A stretch of 64,000 bases of DNA, from assembly GCA_964016885.1 (NCBI GenBank), contig OZ024762.1, forward strand, positions 16,678,001 to 16,742,000. Reading direction: 5' to 3'. Source of the stretch: Eledone cirrhosa. Its lineage: Eukaryota. Below the pieces are notes generated by a model. That model was not told the DNA's origin. It did not search any database and saw only the letters and a program-made list of their open reading frames with translations. Below are positions 37,096-52,390 of this stretch, in pieces. The stretch's first letter is position 1, and the number at the start of each line of letters is the position of its first letter. A program made the translations under genes and the position numbers.

Positions 37096-37867
37096 TCTAG
37101 TAGAGTTTGTTTGCCATAAATTCGTGGCTGTGTCAGATAACACTAAGGTTTCTACTTTGAGTTCATTAATTACAGGGTATTAACGCAAGTTTTTAACTCC
37201 ATTTATATATATATATATATAAACATAATAGCACCACTGACTATATTGCAGATGTGCAACAAAAGAACTTTGTTAGACTACATCTATATTATATCTGTAT
37301 TTTTGACCGTTGGTCAGTCAATGGTAAACATTTAGGACCAAATGAATTAACTGTGGAGATATAAAAGATGCAGAAGTGAAAACCAACCAAACAGTGAGTG
37401 TGTTCTGTTATTATTTCTGGCAATATTATTACAACAATATGACCCTCCCCAAGTATAACAATATATATATATATATATATATATAATTGTTTCTACTATT
37501 GGCACAAGGCCAGCAATTACCCAGTACATTACTGGTTCTTTATTTTATCGACCCCGTAAGGATGAAAGGCAAAGTTAACCTCGGCGGGATTTGAACTCAG
37601 AATGGCAAGGGCCGTAACTCCATGCGTCAAAGCATGGCGTCCGACCCTCTACCGATACTGCCAAATGGAACCTTGGCCTTCAGGACCATTCTCGCATCAA
37701 ATGGAACAAAACCGTCTAACCCATGCTAGCTTGGAAGATGGACATTAAACTATTTGATGATATAAATATATCGGAGCAAGGTGCAACACATGGCCAGAGT
37801 TGCCTCTCGATGTGGACGACCCTTCTAACCCATGCAAGCATGAAAAGACTGACGTTAAACAGAAATG

Positions 37868-38033
<166 letters not shown>

Positions 38034-39521
38034 CACATGGCTTAGTGGGTAGAGCATTGGCCTTGCAATCAAAAGGTTGTGAGTTCAATTCTCAGACCAG
38101 GTGATGTGTTGTTTCCTTGAGCAAGACACTTTATTTCACATTGCTCCAGTTTACTCAGCTGTAGAAATAAGATGATAGGGACTGGGGTCCCTATCATTCC
38201 ACTGCAAAAAAGCACCCACCACTCACTGTAAATGAGGTTTGTGTTAGGAAGGGCATGCAGCTGTAGAAATCAAGCCAGAATCAGTTTCCGTCCCACCCTT
38301 GCAAGCAGGGAAAAGTGGACGTTAATTGAAATGATGATGATATATATATATAAATGAAGTAATTCCGTCGGAAAGGTCCAGGAAAAAAGAGTGCTCTATG
38401 TAGGTTACAGAGCTTATTAGTTATGTAATAAACAACATAAGATAATTATTTCATTTACCAGTGGTTTCTTGAAAGCAAACAAATTTGCTTTCAGTCATCA
38501 GAATGAAAAAATCCTGGTGTATTTATTGACAGTGGATTTGAAAAACAAAAATATAATATATATGAAAGTGAGGCTGGAGGAAGAAGAGGAAAAGGAGAAA
38601 AAGAATAATAAACACACACACATATATATATACACATACATATATAAATATACACATACATATATATATATATATGTATATCCATACATTCGCATACACA
38701 TAAATACACAAACACACACATATATAAATATACATATATATATATATATATATATGGTGGCTGCCAACTCGTTTTCGAGTACGGCCACTACTTTATATCC
38801 ATGTAGGAGAACCCCTACCGATGCGCTGAACAAGTGTGACTTTTTAGTCCAGCCAGCGACTTGAAAACTCTGGTACAAACACTACACTTGTGACAATTAT
38901 ATATACACACATACATACATACATATATATATATACACATAATGGAGGCACATGGCTTAGTGTTTAGAGCATTGGCCTTGCAATCGAAAGGTTGTGAGTT
39001 CAATTCTCAGACCGGGTGATATGTTGTTTCCTTGAGCAAGACACTTTATTTCACATTGCTCCAGTTTACTCAGCTGTAGAAATGAGATGATAGGGACTGG
39101 GGTCCCTATCATTCCACTGCAAACTGGTCGTGGAGGTGCCACGGCAAAAAAGCACCCAGCACTCACTGTAAATGAGGTTGGTGTTAGGAAGGGCATCCAG
39201 CTGTAGAAATCAAGCCAGAATCAGTTCCCGTCCCACCCTTGCAAGCAGGGAAAAGTGGACGTATGATGATGATGATGATAGAAGCTCGGTCTTCAGGAAG
39301 GAAGTAAGGTTGTGAACCAAGGTCTGACTCTTTCCCAATGGAAAAAAATCAAAGGAAAACAAACGAAGGCATTGTGTGTTGATGAATAGTTTTTATTTCA
39401 ATAATCAGGCAACACAGGATTATACAATATAGATTTCCATTTTGGGCATACAGTGAGCAGGGTGAGAGCATAGCAGAGATTAGAAAGAGAGAGATATATA
39501 GATAGGGCTGTGTATATATAT

Positions 39522-39572
<51 letters not shown>

Positions 39573-39626
39573 CATATATATATAGAGAGAGAGATAGGGA
39601 GATATATATATATAGATGGATATGTA

Positions 39627-39683
<57 letters not shown>

Positions 39684-39736
39684 ATTTATGTCTACAAATA
39701 TATCTATCTATAAATATACATACATATATAGACAGG

Positions 39737-39776
<40 letters not shown>

Positions 39777-40628
39777 TATAGAGAGAGAGATAGGGAGATA
39801 TATATATATAGATGGATATGTATGTATATATATATATATATATATATATAAACATTTATGTCTATAAATATATCTATCTATAAATATACATACATATATA
39901 TACATATATATACATATATATATATACATATATACTGAAATGATAAACTGCAGTAATTCAGACAAGAGTATGATCGAATTCAAGGATCGACTATAAATTG
40001 ATTGACACCGGAAAAAAAAAAAAATTTAAATAAAATAAAAACAAAAATCAATTTGTATAAAATTACCATGGAAACATGACATGACAAAATGGAGGTGTCT
40101 TAGCAATTACATCATTAGCAATGATGCCTGGCTCTCTACATGGTTAACCATGTGTTTAGCAGCCAGCATGGATAAGCCATGTGCCAAGCATTTACATGGG
40201 TGGACACGTGCACGCATGAAAGCTGGATTTTAAGCGTTTTTTCAACATTCAGAAGTCGAAAAAAAAAAAAAAATAATAATAATAAAAAAAAATAAAAAAA
40301 TGCGTCATCGTAATTTTTTCCCCTCTCCCCCCTCCCCAACCTCAAATCAGTTAATTCAAATTTATTTAAGATCTGTCATTATTAATCATTTAATTATTTT
40401 AAACAACTGTGTCGCAGCTCAGCTATTGAACGATTTCTAGGTGTCGCTGCTGTTCTCCAGAGTAAAAATACTTGCTCAAGAACTAGCTTAAAATCAAGAC
40501 ATTGCCACCAAAAGGTGAGACAATGTGATAGAGTTTATTATCAAGATAATGTCGTCCGTAAACATATTTCGAATTAGCTTATACTTCCAACTCACAAAAT
40601 ACAGAATATACATATATATATACACATG

Positions 40629-40733
<105 letters not shown>

Positions 40734-40774
40734 GTATATATATATATAGATAATTATATATATATATAGATAAT

Positions 40775-40806
<32 letters not shown>

Positions 40807-40966
40807 CATATACATATGTATGTATATAAGTATATCATATGCATACTTACACATATATACACAAAATATAATATATTTTTCCATACACATACAGATAATG
40901 GGTGCATGTATGTATGGCACGTATATATGCAGATGCATGCATACATTTACATATATATATACACTC

Positions 40967-40999
<33 letters not shown>

Positions 41000-42166
41000 C
41001 AGATACACATATATATATATATATATTAGTATTTTTCACACCTATTTCATAAATTTAAGACAATATACAAAAGAAAAATAAGCAATTTTTTGTCAAGGGG
41101 GGAAAATTTAAATATGTGATGAAAAAATATTCAAAGAGAGAAAAATCTACATTGGTCGTTCATTTTTCTTTTTTTTTTTTTTATGTTGTTGTTGTTCAGT
41201 AAAACTGTTTTCTTCTTCTTTCTATCTTCACTGTAGATTGTGATTGTTTGTTTTAACCTAAGAATATATCTGACATTCCACCTGGGGGTTTGTTAACTCG
41301 GGTGCTAAAACGCTTTGGACGATCATCATCATACTGAGAACCTGTAAAAGATATTGAGAATATATATATAGAGAGAGAGAGAGGAGAGAGAGAGAAGGAG
41401 AGAGAGATTAAACAATGGTACTAAGTCTTGGAACAAACAGTGTCTTACCAAACATCTGCAAGAAAACATTTTATATATATATATAAAAAATAGATACAAA
41501 AACCTACATACACACATATATATATATATAGAGAGATACATTTACCTACATACACACATAAATATATATATAAATAGATACATATACCTACATACACACA
41601 CACACACACACATATGGAGGCACATGGCTTAGTGGTTAGAGCATTGGCCTTGCAATCGAAAGGTTGTGAGTTCAATTCTCAGACTGGGTGATGTGTTGTT
41701 TCCTTGAGCAAGACACTTTATTTCACATTGCTCCAGTTTACTCAGCTGTAGAAATGAGATGATAGGGACTGGGGTCCATATCATTCCACTGCAAAGTGGA
41801 CGTGGAGGTGCCACGGCAAAAAAGCACCCAGCACTCACTGCAAATGAGGTTGGTGTTAGGAAGGGCATCCAGCTGTAGAAATCAAGCCAGAATCAGTTCC
41901 CGTTCCACCCTTGCAAGCAGGGAAAAAGCGGACGTAAAAAGATGATGATGATATCAGCCAGATGGCTGGAACAGGTAAAAGAGTAACACACACACACACA
42001 CACACACACCTATATATATAAGAAATTAAACTTAAGAAAATTAACAAAGAAAGGACAAGACAACAAACAGAAACAAAATCAAACAAAAAACAAACAATTT
42101 TTTAAGGGAAAACCTTAAATTATGTTCAAAAATAAAAATACAAACGAAGGACACAGAACTCCAGGG

Positions 42167-42231
42167 TCATTGGACTTTGGCAGTTTTGACCCCTACCAAC
42201 GGTACTGCTGGTCGATACGGAGTCACGGCAT
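42167..42231 (-). CDS. Candidate terminal exon of an unidentified minus-strand gene (xAVTPYRPAVPLVGVKTAKVQ*)
   Basis: tttggcttatgtcAG acceptor, GC-richer open frame to TGA, followed by U-rich UTR-like sequence on the minus strand. Confidence 0.35.
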
Positions 42232-42719
42232 CTGACATAAGCCAAACATTGCCCCATGGAGTAAGAGACGAAAGACAAAACATATTCAACAGTGAACTCA
42301 TATTTGGAACATCTTGAGGCCCAGAAGATTTGCATTTAAATGTAAAAAAAAAAAACACAAAATAAGAGAGAACAGCATTTTAAATAAATACAATAACAAC
42401 AACAACATTTACATCTTGGTCCATGGAGCTGACATTTTTCAACACTAAAAGCGAGAAATAAAATGAACAAAAATTAAAGAAAAACTAGAAAACAAAAAAA
42501 AAATATGATAGAATGATTAAAATGACAAATCTCTATTATATTCTTTAAACCCCGAAATATTAAGTATTTCCCCCAGAGAAATATTAAGTATTCTCAGGTC
42601 CTAAATAATAGGGAGGAGGAGGGGGGGGGGATAAGCAGGGGGAGGGCATTGGTGATTTTTCTAGGTTGTCTCCATTGATTTAAAAAAAAACAAAACAGAA
42701 TTAGTCATTTAGTTTACAT

Positions 42720-45700
42720 ATTGTGACCCCAATCCATCCTATATATTTTATAACATATTGAGACCTTCCAACCCATCCTATATATTTTATAACATATTGA
42801 GACCCTCCAACCGATCTTATATATTTTATAACATATTGAGACCCTCCAACCCATCCTATATATTTTATAACATATTGAGGCCCCAACCCATCCTATATAT
42901 TTTATAACATATTGAGACCTTCCAACCCATCCTATATATTTTATAACATGTTGAGGCCCCAACCCATCCTATATATTTTATAACATATTGTGACCCCAAC
43001 CCATCCTATATATTTTATAACATATTGAGGCCCCAACCCATCCTATATATTTTATAACATATTGAGACCCTCCAACCCATCCTATATATTTTATAACATA
43101 TTGTGACCCCAATCCATTCTATATATTTTATAACATATTGAGACCCTCCAACCCATCCTATATATTTTATAACATATTGAGACCTTCCAACCCATTCTAT
43201 ATATTTTATAACATATTGAGACCTTCCAACCCATCCTATATATTTTATAACATATTGAGACCTTCCAACCCATCCTATATATTTTATAACATATTGTGAC
43301 CCCAATCCATCCTATATATTTTATAACATATTGAGACCCTCCAACCCATCCTATATATTTTATAACATATTGAGACCTTCCAACCCATCCTATATATTTT
43401 ATAACATATTGAGACCCTCCAACCCATCCTATATATTTTATAACATATTGAGACCTTCCAACCCATCCTATATATTTTATAACATATTGTGACCCCAATC
43501 CATCCTATATATTTTATAACATATTGAGACCCTCCAACCCATCCTATATATTTTATAACATATTGAGACCTTCCAACCCATCCTATATATTTTATAACAT
43601 ATTGAGACCCTCCAACCCATCCTATATATTTTATAACATATTGAGACCTTCCAATCCATCCTATATATTTTATAACATATTGAGACCTTCCAACCCATCC
43701 TATATATTTTATAACATATTGTGACCCCAATCCATCCTATATATTTTATAACATATTGAGACCCTCCAACCCATCCTATATATTTTATAACATATTGAGA
43801 CCTTCCAACCCATCCTATATATTTTATAGCATATTGTGACCCCAATCCATCCTATATATTTTATAACATATTGAGACCCTCCAACCCATCCTATATATTT
43901 TATAACATATTGTGACCCCAATCCATCCTATATATTTTATAACATATTGAGACCCTCCAACCCATCCTATATATTTTATAACATATTGAGACCTTCCAAC
44001 CCATCCTATATATTTTATAACATATTGAGACCTTCCAACCCATCCTATATATTTTATAACATATTGTGACCCCAATTCATCCTATATATTTTATAACATA
44101 TTGAGACCCTCCAACCCATCCTATATATTTTATAACATATTGAGACCTTCCAACCCATCCTATATATTTTATAACATATTGTGACCCCAACCCATCCTAT
44201 ATATTTTATAACATATTGAGACCTTCCAACCCATCCTATATATTTTATAACATATTGAGACCTTCCAACCCATCCTATATATTTTATAACATATTGAGAC
44301 CCTCCAATCCATCCTATATATTTTATAACATATTGAGACCTTCCAACCCATCCTATATATTTTATAACATATTGAGACCTTCCAATCCATCCTATATATT
44401 TTATAACATATTGAGACCTTCCAACCCATCCTATATATTTTATAACATATTGAGACCTTCCAATCCATCCTATATATTTTATAACATAATGAGACCTTCC
44501 AACCCATCCTAGATATTTTATAACATATTGAGACCTTCCAACCCATCCTATATATTTTATAACATATTGAGACCCTCCAACCCATCCTATATATTTTATA
44601 ACATATTGAGACCTTCCAACCCATCCTATATATTTTATAACATATTGAGACCTTCCAATCCATCCTATATATTTTATAACATATTGAGACCCTCCAATCC
44701 ATCCTATATATTTTATAACATATTGAGACCTTCCAACCCATCCTATATATTTTATAACATATTGAGACCCTCCAACCCATCCTATATATTTTATAACATA
44801 TTGAGACCTTCCAACCCATCCTATATATTTTATAACATATTGAGACCTTCCAATCCATCCTATATATTTTATAACATATTGAGACCCTCCAACCCATCCT
44901 ATATATTTTATAACATATTGAGACCTTCCAACCCATCCTATATATTTTATAACATATTGAGACCTTCCAACCCATCCTATATATTTTATAACATATTGAG
45001 ACCTTCCAACCCATCCTATATATTTTATAACATATTGAGACCTTCCAACCTATCCTATATATTTTATAACATATTGAGACCTTCCAACCCATCCTATATA
45101 TTTTATAACATATTGAGACCTCCAACCCATCCTATATATTTTATAACATATTGAGACCTTCCAACCCATCCTATATATTTTATAACATATTGAGACCTTC
45201 CAACCCATCCTATATATTTTATAACATATTGAGACCCTCCAACCCATCCTATATATTTTATAACATAATGAGACCTTCCAACCCATCCAAGATATTTTAT
45301 AACATATTGAGACCTTCCAACCCATCCTAGATATTTTATAACATATTGAGACCTTCCAACCCATCCTAGATATTTTATAACATATTGAGACCTTCCAACC
45401 CATCCAAGATATTTTATAACATATTGAGACCTTCCAACCCATCCTAGATATTTTATAACATAATGAGACCTTCCAACCCATCCAAGATATTTTATAACAT
45501 ATTGAGACCTTCCAATCCATCCTATATATTTTATAACATATTGAGACCCTCCAATCCATCCTATATATTTTATAACATATTGAGACCTTCCAACCCATCC
45601 TATATATTTTATAACATATTGAGACCTTCCAACCCATCCTATATATTTTATAACATATTGAGACCTTCCAACCCATCCTATATATTTTATAACATATTGT

Positions 45701-48700
45701 GACCCCAATTCATCCTATATATTTTATAACATATTGAGACCCTCCAACCCATCCTATATATTTTATAACATATTGAGACCTTCCAACCCATCCTATATAT
45801 TTTATAACATATTGTGACCCCAACCCATCCTATATATTTTATAACATATTGAGACCTTCCAACCCATCCTATATATTTTATAACATATTGAGACCTTCCA
45901 ACCCATCCTATATATTTTATAACATATTGAGACCCTCCAATCCATCCTATATATTTTATAACATATTGAGACCTTCCAACCCATCCTATATATTTTATAA
46001 CATATTGAGACCTTCCAATCCATCCTATATATTTTATAACATATTGAGACCTTCCAACCCATCCTATATATTTTATAACATATTGAGACCTTCCAATCCA
46101 TCCTATATATTTTATAACATAATGAGACCTTCCAACCCATCCTAGATATTTTATAACATATTGAGACCTTCCAACCCATCCTATATATTTTATAACATAT
46201 TGAGACCCTCCAACCCATCCTATATATTTTATAACATATTGAGACCTTCCAACCCATCCTATATATTTTATAACATATTGAGACCTTCCAATCCATCCTA
46301 TATATTTTATAACATATTGAGACCCTCCAATCCATCCTATATATTTTATAACATATTGAGACCTTCCAACCCATCCTATATATTTTATAACATATTGAGA
46401 CCCTCCAACCCATCCTATATATTTTATAACATATTGAGACCTTCCAACCCATCCTATATATTTTATAACATATTGAGACCTTCCAATCCATCCTATATAT
46501 TTTATAACATATTGAGACCCTCCAACCCATCCTATATATTTTATAACATATTGAGACCTTCCAACCCATCCTATATATTTTATAACATATTGAGACCTTC
46601 CAACCCATCCTATATATTTTATAACATATTGAGACCTTCCAACCCATCCTATATATTTTATAACATATTGAGACCTTCCAACCTATCCTATATATTTTAT
46701 AACATATTGAGACCTTCCAACCCATCCTATATATTTTATAACATATTGAGACCTCCAACCCATCCTATATATTTTATAACATATTGAGACCTTCCAACCC
46801 ATCCTATATATTTTATAACATATTGAGACCTTCCAACCCATCCTATATATTTTATAACATATTGAGACCCTCCAACCCATCCTATATATTTTATAACATA
46901 ATGAGACCTTCCAACCCATCCAAGATATTTTATAACATATTGAGACCTTCCAACCCATCCTAGATATTTTATAACATATTGAGACCTTCCAACCCATCCT
47001 AGATATTTTATAACATATTGAGACCTTCCAACCCATCCAAGATATTTTATAACATATTGAGACCTTCCAACCCATCCTAGATATTTTATAACATAATGAG
47101 ACCTTCCAACCCATCCAAGATATTTTATAACATATTGAGACCTTCCAACCCATCCAAGATATTTTATAACATATTGAGACCTTCCAACCCATCCTAGATA
47201 TTTTATAACATAATGAGACCTTCCAACCCATCCAAGATATTTTATAACATATTGAGACCTTCCAACCCATCCTAGATATTTTATAACATATTGAGACCTT
47301 CCAACCCATCCTAGATATTTTATAACATATTGAGACCTTCCAATCCATCCTATATATTTTATAACATATTGAGACCTTCCAACCCATCCTATATATTTTA
47401 TAACATATTGAGACCTTCCAACCCATCCTATATATTTTATAACATATTGAGACCTTCCAACCCATCCTATATATTTTATAACATATTGAGACCTTCCAAC
47501 CCATCCTATATATTTTATAACATATTGAGACCTTCCAATCCATCCTATATATTTTATAACATATTGAGACCCTCCAACCCATCCTATATATTTTATAACA
47601 TATTGAGACCTTCCAACCCATCCTATATATTTTATAACATATTGAGACCTTCCAACCCATCCTATATATTTTATAACATATTGAGACCCTCCAACCCATC
47701 CTATATATTTTATAACATAATGAGACCTTCCAACCCATCCAAGATATTTTATAACATATTGAGACCTTCCAACCCATCCTAGATATTTTATAACATATTG
47801 AGACCTTCCAACCCATCCTAGATATTTTATAACATATTGAGACCTTCCAACCCATCCAAGATATTTTATAACATATTGAGACCTTCCAACCCATCCTAGA
47901 TATTTTATAACATAATGAGACCTTCCAACCCATCCAAGATATTTTATAACATATTGAGACCTTCCAACCCATCCTAGATATTTTATAACATATTGAGACC
48001 TTCCAACCCATCCTAGATATTTTATAACATATTGAGACCTTCCAATCCATCCTATATATTTTATAACATATTGAGACCTTCCAACCCATCCTATATATTT
48101 TATAACATATTGAGACCTTCCAACCCATCCTATATATTTTATAACATATTGAGACCTTCCAACCCATCCTATATATTTTATAACATATTGAGACCTTCCA
48201 ACCCATCCTATATATTTTATAACATATTGAGACCTTCCAACCCATCCTATATATTTTATAACATATTGAGACCCTCCAACCCATCCTATATATTTTATAA
48301 CATAATGAGACCTTCCAACCCATCCTAGATATTTTATAACATATTGAGACCTTCCAACCCATCCTAGATATTTTATAACATATTGAGACCTTCCAACCCA
48401 TCCTAGATATTTTATAACATATTGAGACCTTCCAACCCATCCTATATATTTTATAACATATTGAGACCCTCCAACCCATCCTATATATTTTATAACATAA
48501 TGAGACCTTCCAACCCATCCTAGATATTTTATAACATATTGAGACCTTCCAACCCATCCTAGATATTTTATAACATATTGAGACCTTCCAACCCATCCTA
48601 GATATTTTATAACATATTGAGACCTTCCAACCCATCCTAGATATTTTATAACATATTGAGACCTTCCAACCCATCCTATATATTTTATAACATATTGAGA

Positions 48701-49162
48701 CCCTCCAACCCATCCTATATATTTTATAACATATTGAGACCTTCCAACCCATCCTATATATTTTATAACATATTGAGACCCTACAACCCATCCTATATAT
48801 TTTATAACATATTGAGACCTTCCAACCCATCCTAGATATTTTATAACATATTGAGACCTTCCAACCCATCCTATATATTTTATAACATATTGAGACCCTC
48901 CAACCCATCCTATATATTTTATAACATATTGAGACCTTCCAACCCATCCTAGATATTTTATAACATATTGAGACCCTCCAACCCATCCTATATATTTTAT
49001 AACATAATGAGACCTTCCAACCCATCCTAGATATTTTATAACATATTGAGACCTTCCAACCCATCCTATATATTTTATAACATATTGAGACCCTCCAACC
49101 CATCCTATATATTTTATAACATATTGAGACCCTCCAACCCATCCTATATATTTTATAACACA
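42720..49162. repeat. 39-bp satellite array (~165 copies)
   Basis: GAGACCTTCCAACCCATCCTATATATTTTATAACATATT; 37-bp variants toward the left end. Confidence 0.98.
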
Positions 49163-50334
49163 TGGGATTTCTAGTAATGTACTTCTTTTGTCATGTTTAA
49201 TGTTTTTTAATTTATAAAGAAAATTAATTGTAGCAGGAATGCTTCAGCATCTAAACTGGCCGTATCCAGCCAGAATTCTCTCACCTCTTTCTGTTCAAAC
49301 CAGTTGTAACTGGACGCTCATACTGACATTAAGTTATTGTTCTCAAAATAAATATATCAAAATCTCATAGATTCGATGTTATGAGAGATAAAGCCTTTAC
49401 TGTGAAAATACAATAGTATATATAGAGTAATGTAAATGGTAAAGGGTTAAAAGGGACAGTACATCATGTCCCTGCATGTCATAAGAGGCAACTAAAGGGA
49501 TTAGTGCCAGGAAGGGCATCTGGTTGTAAAACCGTCTTAAAAGGGACACTAAATCATATCCCTACATATTATTGCTTCTTCAAACACTACGATGTGAATG
49601 AAGCTGTACCTTGTCAAAAGAAGCAGTTAAAAGGGAATCTGCCTGTAAAACATTGCCTTAAAAAGGGACCTCATGATAAGTGTGAAACCCTGTAAAGGCA
49701 AACTTCTGCTTTCACAGAGAAAATGGCCTAAAACAGTTGTAAAAGTTATTGGGATGTATTTAATATTTAAGCATTAGTAGGAATAAAAGAGGGTAACTGA
49801 AGAAGGAGAGGATGACATTAATGGAGGCAAAAAAAGGGGATTAAAATAAAATGGAGGATTCTTCAACTGATGACAAGAAGCAGCCATGTTGTATGAAATG
49901 GATGACATGAAGTGTTAGGGATGGTGAAGGGATGGTCTTTAATAATGATCTCCAATAATTGATGTTATGATTATTATTATTGTTTTAACCTTTAGCACAC
50001 TCAATTCTTTTATGAATTACTTCCCTTGACACTATTATGTATTAATGGGAGATTACTCTATTGATGACATAAAGCACCTAGAGTGCGCTGAAGGTTAAAG
50101 TTATTACTAAATATAGCAGCAGTGCCCTATGGTTAAGACGGTCACTTTGCAATCCAAAGATTTAGGGTTCAAGCTACCCATAGCTTTGGCTTTATTTAAA
50201 CTTTGTGAATGAAATCGGACAGACTGAAACTATGCAGAAGCCTGCCATATGGACCTTGGCAGTAGTTGAATGTAGAGCGCAGAGGGCTTTATTCACACAA
50301 ACATTTGGGGGTAAACTTAAAAGGTATATATATG

Positions 50335-50473
50335 TATTAAAATAACAGATTAAAGTTTAAGCAAAGAATCGCTGCTTTCACCCTTAACGGGATCTTCTGA
50401 AACAGTTTCAGAAGATCACGTTAAGGGTGAAAGCAGCGATTCTTTGCTTAAACTTTAATCTGTTATTTTAATA
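50335..50473. repeat. 69-bp palindrome with a hammerhead-like partial core
   Basis: Arms 50335-50403 / 50405-50473, one mismatch; GAAGA-TCCC-GTTAA-GGGT-GAAA; downstream sequence recurs at ~32280-32380. Confidence 0.85.
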
Positions 50474-50954
50474 AATATTTGCTCTAGGGTTCTTATATAT
50501 TTGATATATATTTATCCTTATCGAGCCCTGTTTGGATTTTAGTCTTCACATTTATTACTATATATACATACATACATACATACATACACACACACTTTAT
50601 AACTACAGTGTTAACTCTGGACTTAATGTTTGTTTTAACTTTCGATTCATTGAGTGCTTTGTGATTGCCTCAAATAAATTGAATAATACTTACTGTACAA
50701 CAGCTAAACTTCAATTTACAATTATTATAATCATATATCTATATCCATCTCTGTCTATCTATATATCCATCTATATATATAGGAAAAGGTTCAGGATCCC
50801 AACGGCAGAGCTCAAGCTATTTCGACGGCTATTTCTGGACTCCAGTAATAACCATCGGGGTCCTGAACCTTTTCCTATTACCCACTCTACTACCCAAAGT
50901 ATCGAGTACTCTGGTGCGTTATAGTCCACCTGGTTCCTTACCACACTTCCTTTG

Positions 50955-50985
<31 letters not shown>

Positions 50986-50988
<3 letters not shown>

Positions 50989-51100
50989 TTAATGTAGATG
51001 AGATTCTACAGGACTAGAACTGTTTCATTCTTTAGAAATCATCATGATTTCTAAAGAATGAAACAGTTCTAGTCCTGTAGAATCTCATCTACATTAAAAC
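50986..51100. repeat. Perfect 57-bp palindrome with a truncated hammerhead-like core
   Basis: Arms 50986-51042 / 51044-51100; minus strand reads TGATGA-TTTCTAAAGAAT-GAAAC-AGTTCTA-GTC. Confidence 0.85.
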
Positions 51101-51171
51101 TTTTATACTCTGCTTTGTATTGAGTACCTTACTTACTGTGGTTACCTCCGATTCAACCCGGAATAACGTAC

Positions 51172-51204
<33 letters not shown>

Positions 51205-52029
51205 CATCTATCTATCTATATATATGCTGTGTTCTAGCATTAATATTTATCATTTATATATAAACATAACTGTACATTGTTTTTCTTTTGCCTTTCATCC
51301 TTTTGAGGGGGCCGAGGGGAGGGGTCAAATACATAATCCTTCCATGGGAGAGGGCTTTGATAAAATCTACACAATACACACAATTCAGTTATTCAATAGA
51401 GGGAAAGAGATTAAGAACAAATTGGAAATATGAACAATTTCTCCAGCCTGTAATGGCCGCTGTGTACACATTTGTCCAAAAATAATTTATTTACATAAAA
51501 ATACAACAACAACAACAACAAAAATCAACAAAAATTAAATGAAAAATAAAACACCAAAATATAAATAAAAGAAATCTTAATTCAACCATTAAAAGATAAT
51601 TTGAAAGCGCATGCATTCTAGAAAGGCCTAAAACATTGCAGGACAAAAACCTCTGTGGGGTTAAAAACTTGGGGAACCGAAAGTGAAGCCATTTAGCAAC
51701 AAAAAACAAAAAAAAAAACAACAAAAAAAAACAAAACAAAAACACCAAAACACCAAAAAATAAAAACACCAAAACAACTACATGTCATTCTATAAGAACT
51801 GTTGCAAAATAAAAAAACAAATAAAATAAATCAAGTTTAGTTGGGGCTGGATGAAAGGGTTTTGGGGGGCTGGGGATAGAAAGCAGTCAATTGAGAGGAG
51901 GTGGGGGTGTGTATTGTGTAACATCAACATCATTGACAACAACAACAACAACAACAGTGAACATTAATCGTGTGTAAATGTTAGTGTTTGTTATGTTTTA
52001 ATGTCCTGTACTGCATCAGACATTAACAA

Positions 52030-52390
52030 GACATTCTAGAAAAGTACAAAACAGCACTATGACTGGTTGGTTTTCGCATCAGTATATTTTATATTTCTAT
52101 AATTGATTCAGCTGGTAATCAATGTTTACCACTGATTGACCAACAGTTAAAAATATATATTGTAGAGCAATACAACAGGAGGAAACATAATAACATCATT
52201 GATGATGTCACAATTGTGTGACAAAAGAACTTTGAGAAACTATATTTATATCTATATTTTTAACTGTTGGTCAATCAATGATAAACATAGATTGCCAGCT
52301 GAATTAATTATAGAAATATAAAAATATACTGACGTGAAAACCAACCTAAACCAAACAGTGAGTGTGTTTTACTACATATTTCTAGCATTA
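52030..52390. mobile_element. Diverged inverted-repeat (MITE-like) element; single arm also at ~37260-37420
   Basis: TGATTGACCAACAGTTAAAAATATA versus TATATTTTTAACTGTTGGTCAATCA with flanking complementarity. Confidence 0.65.

Noticed and set aside
38815-38895. Isolated C2H2-like peptide CSVCTRVFKSLAGLKSH on the minus strand
   Set aside because: No splice signals, flanked by (TA)n; more likely a LINE C-terminal fragment
41614-41690. tRNA gene (GCA-like loop) at SINE-B heads
   Set aside because: Anticodon and acceptor stems do not close; always followed by SINE body and tail
46683-49163. 826-aa and other long ORFs in the 39-bp satellite
   Set aside because: Consequence of a stop-free tandem unit divisible by three; no splice or coding context
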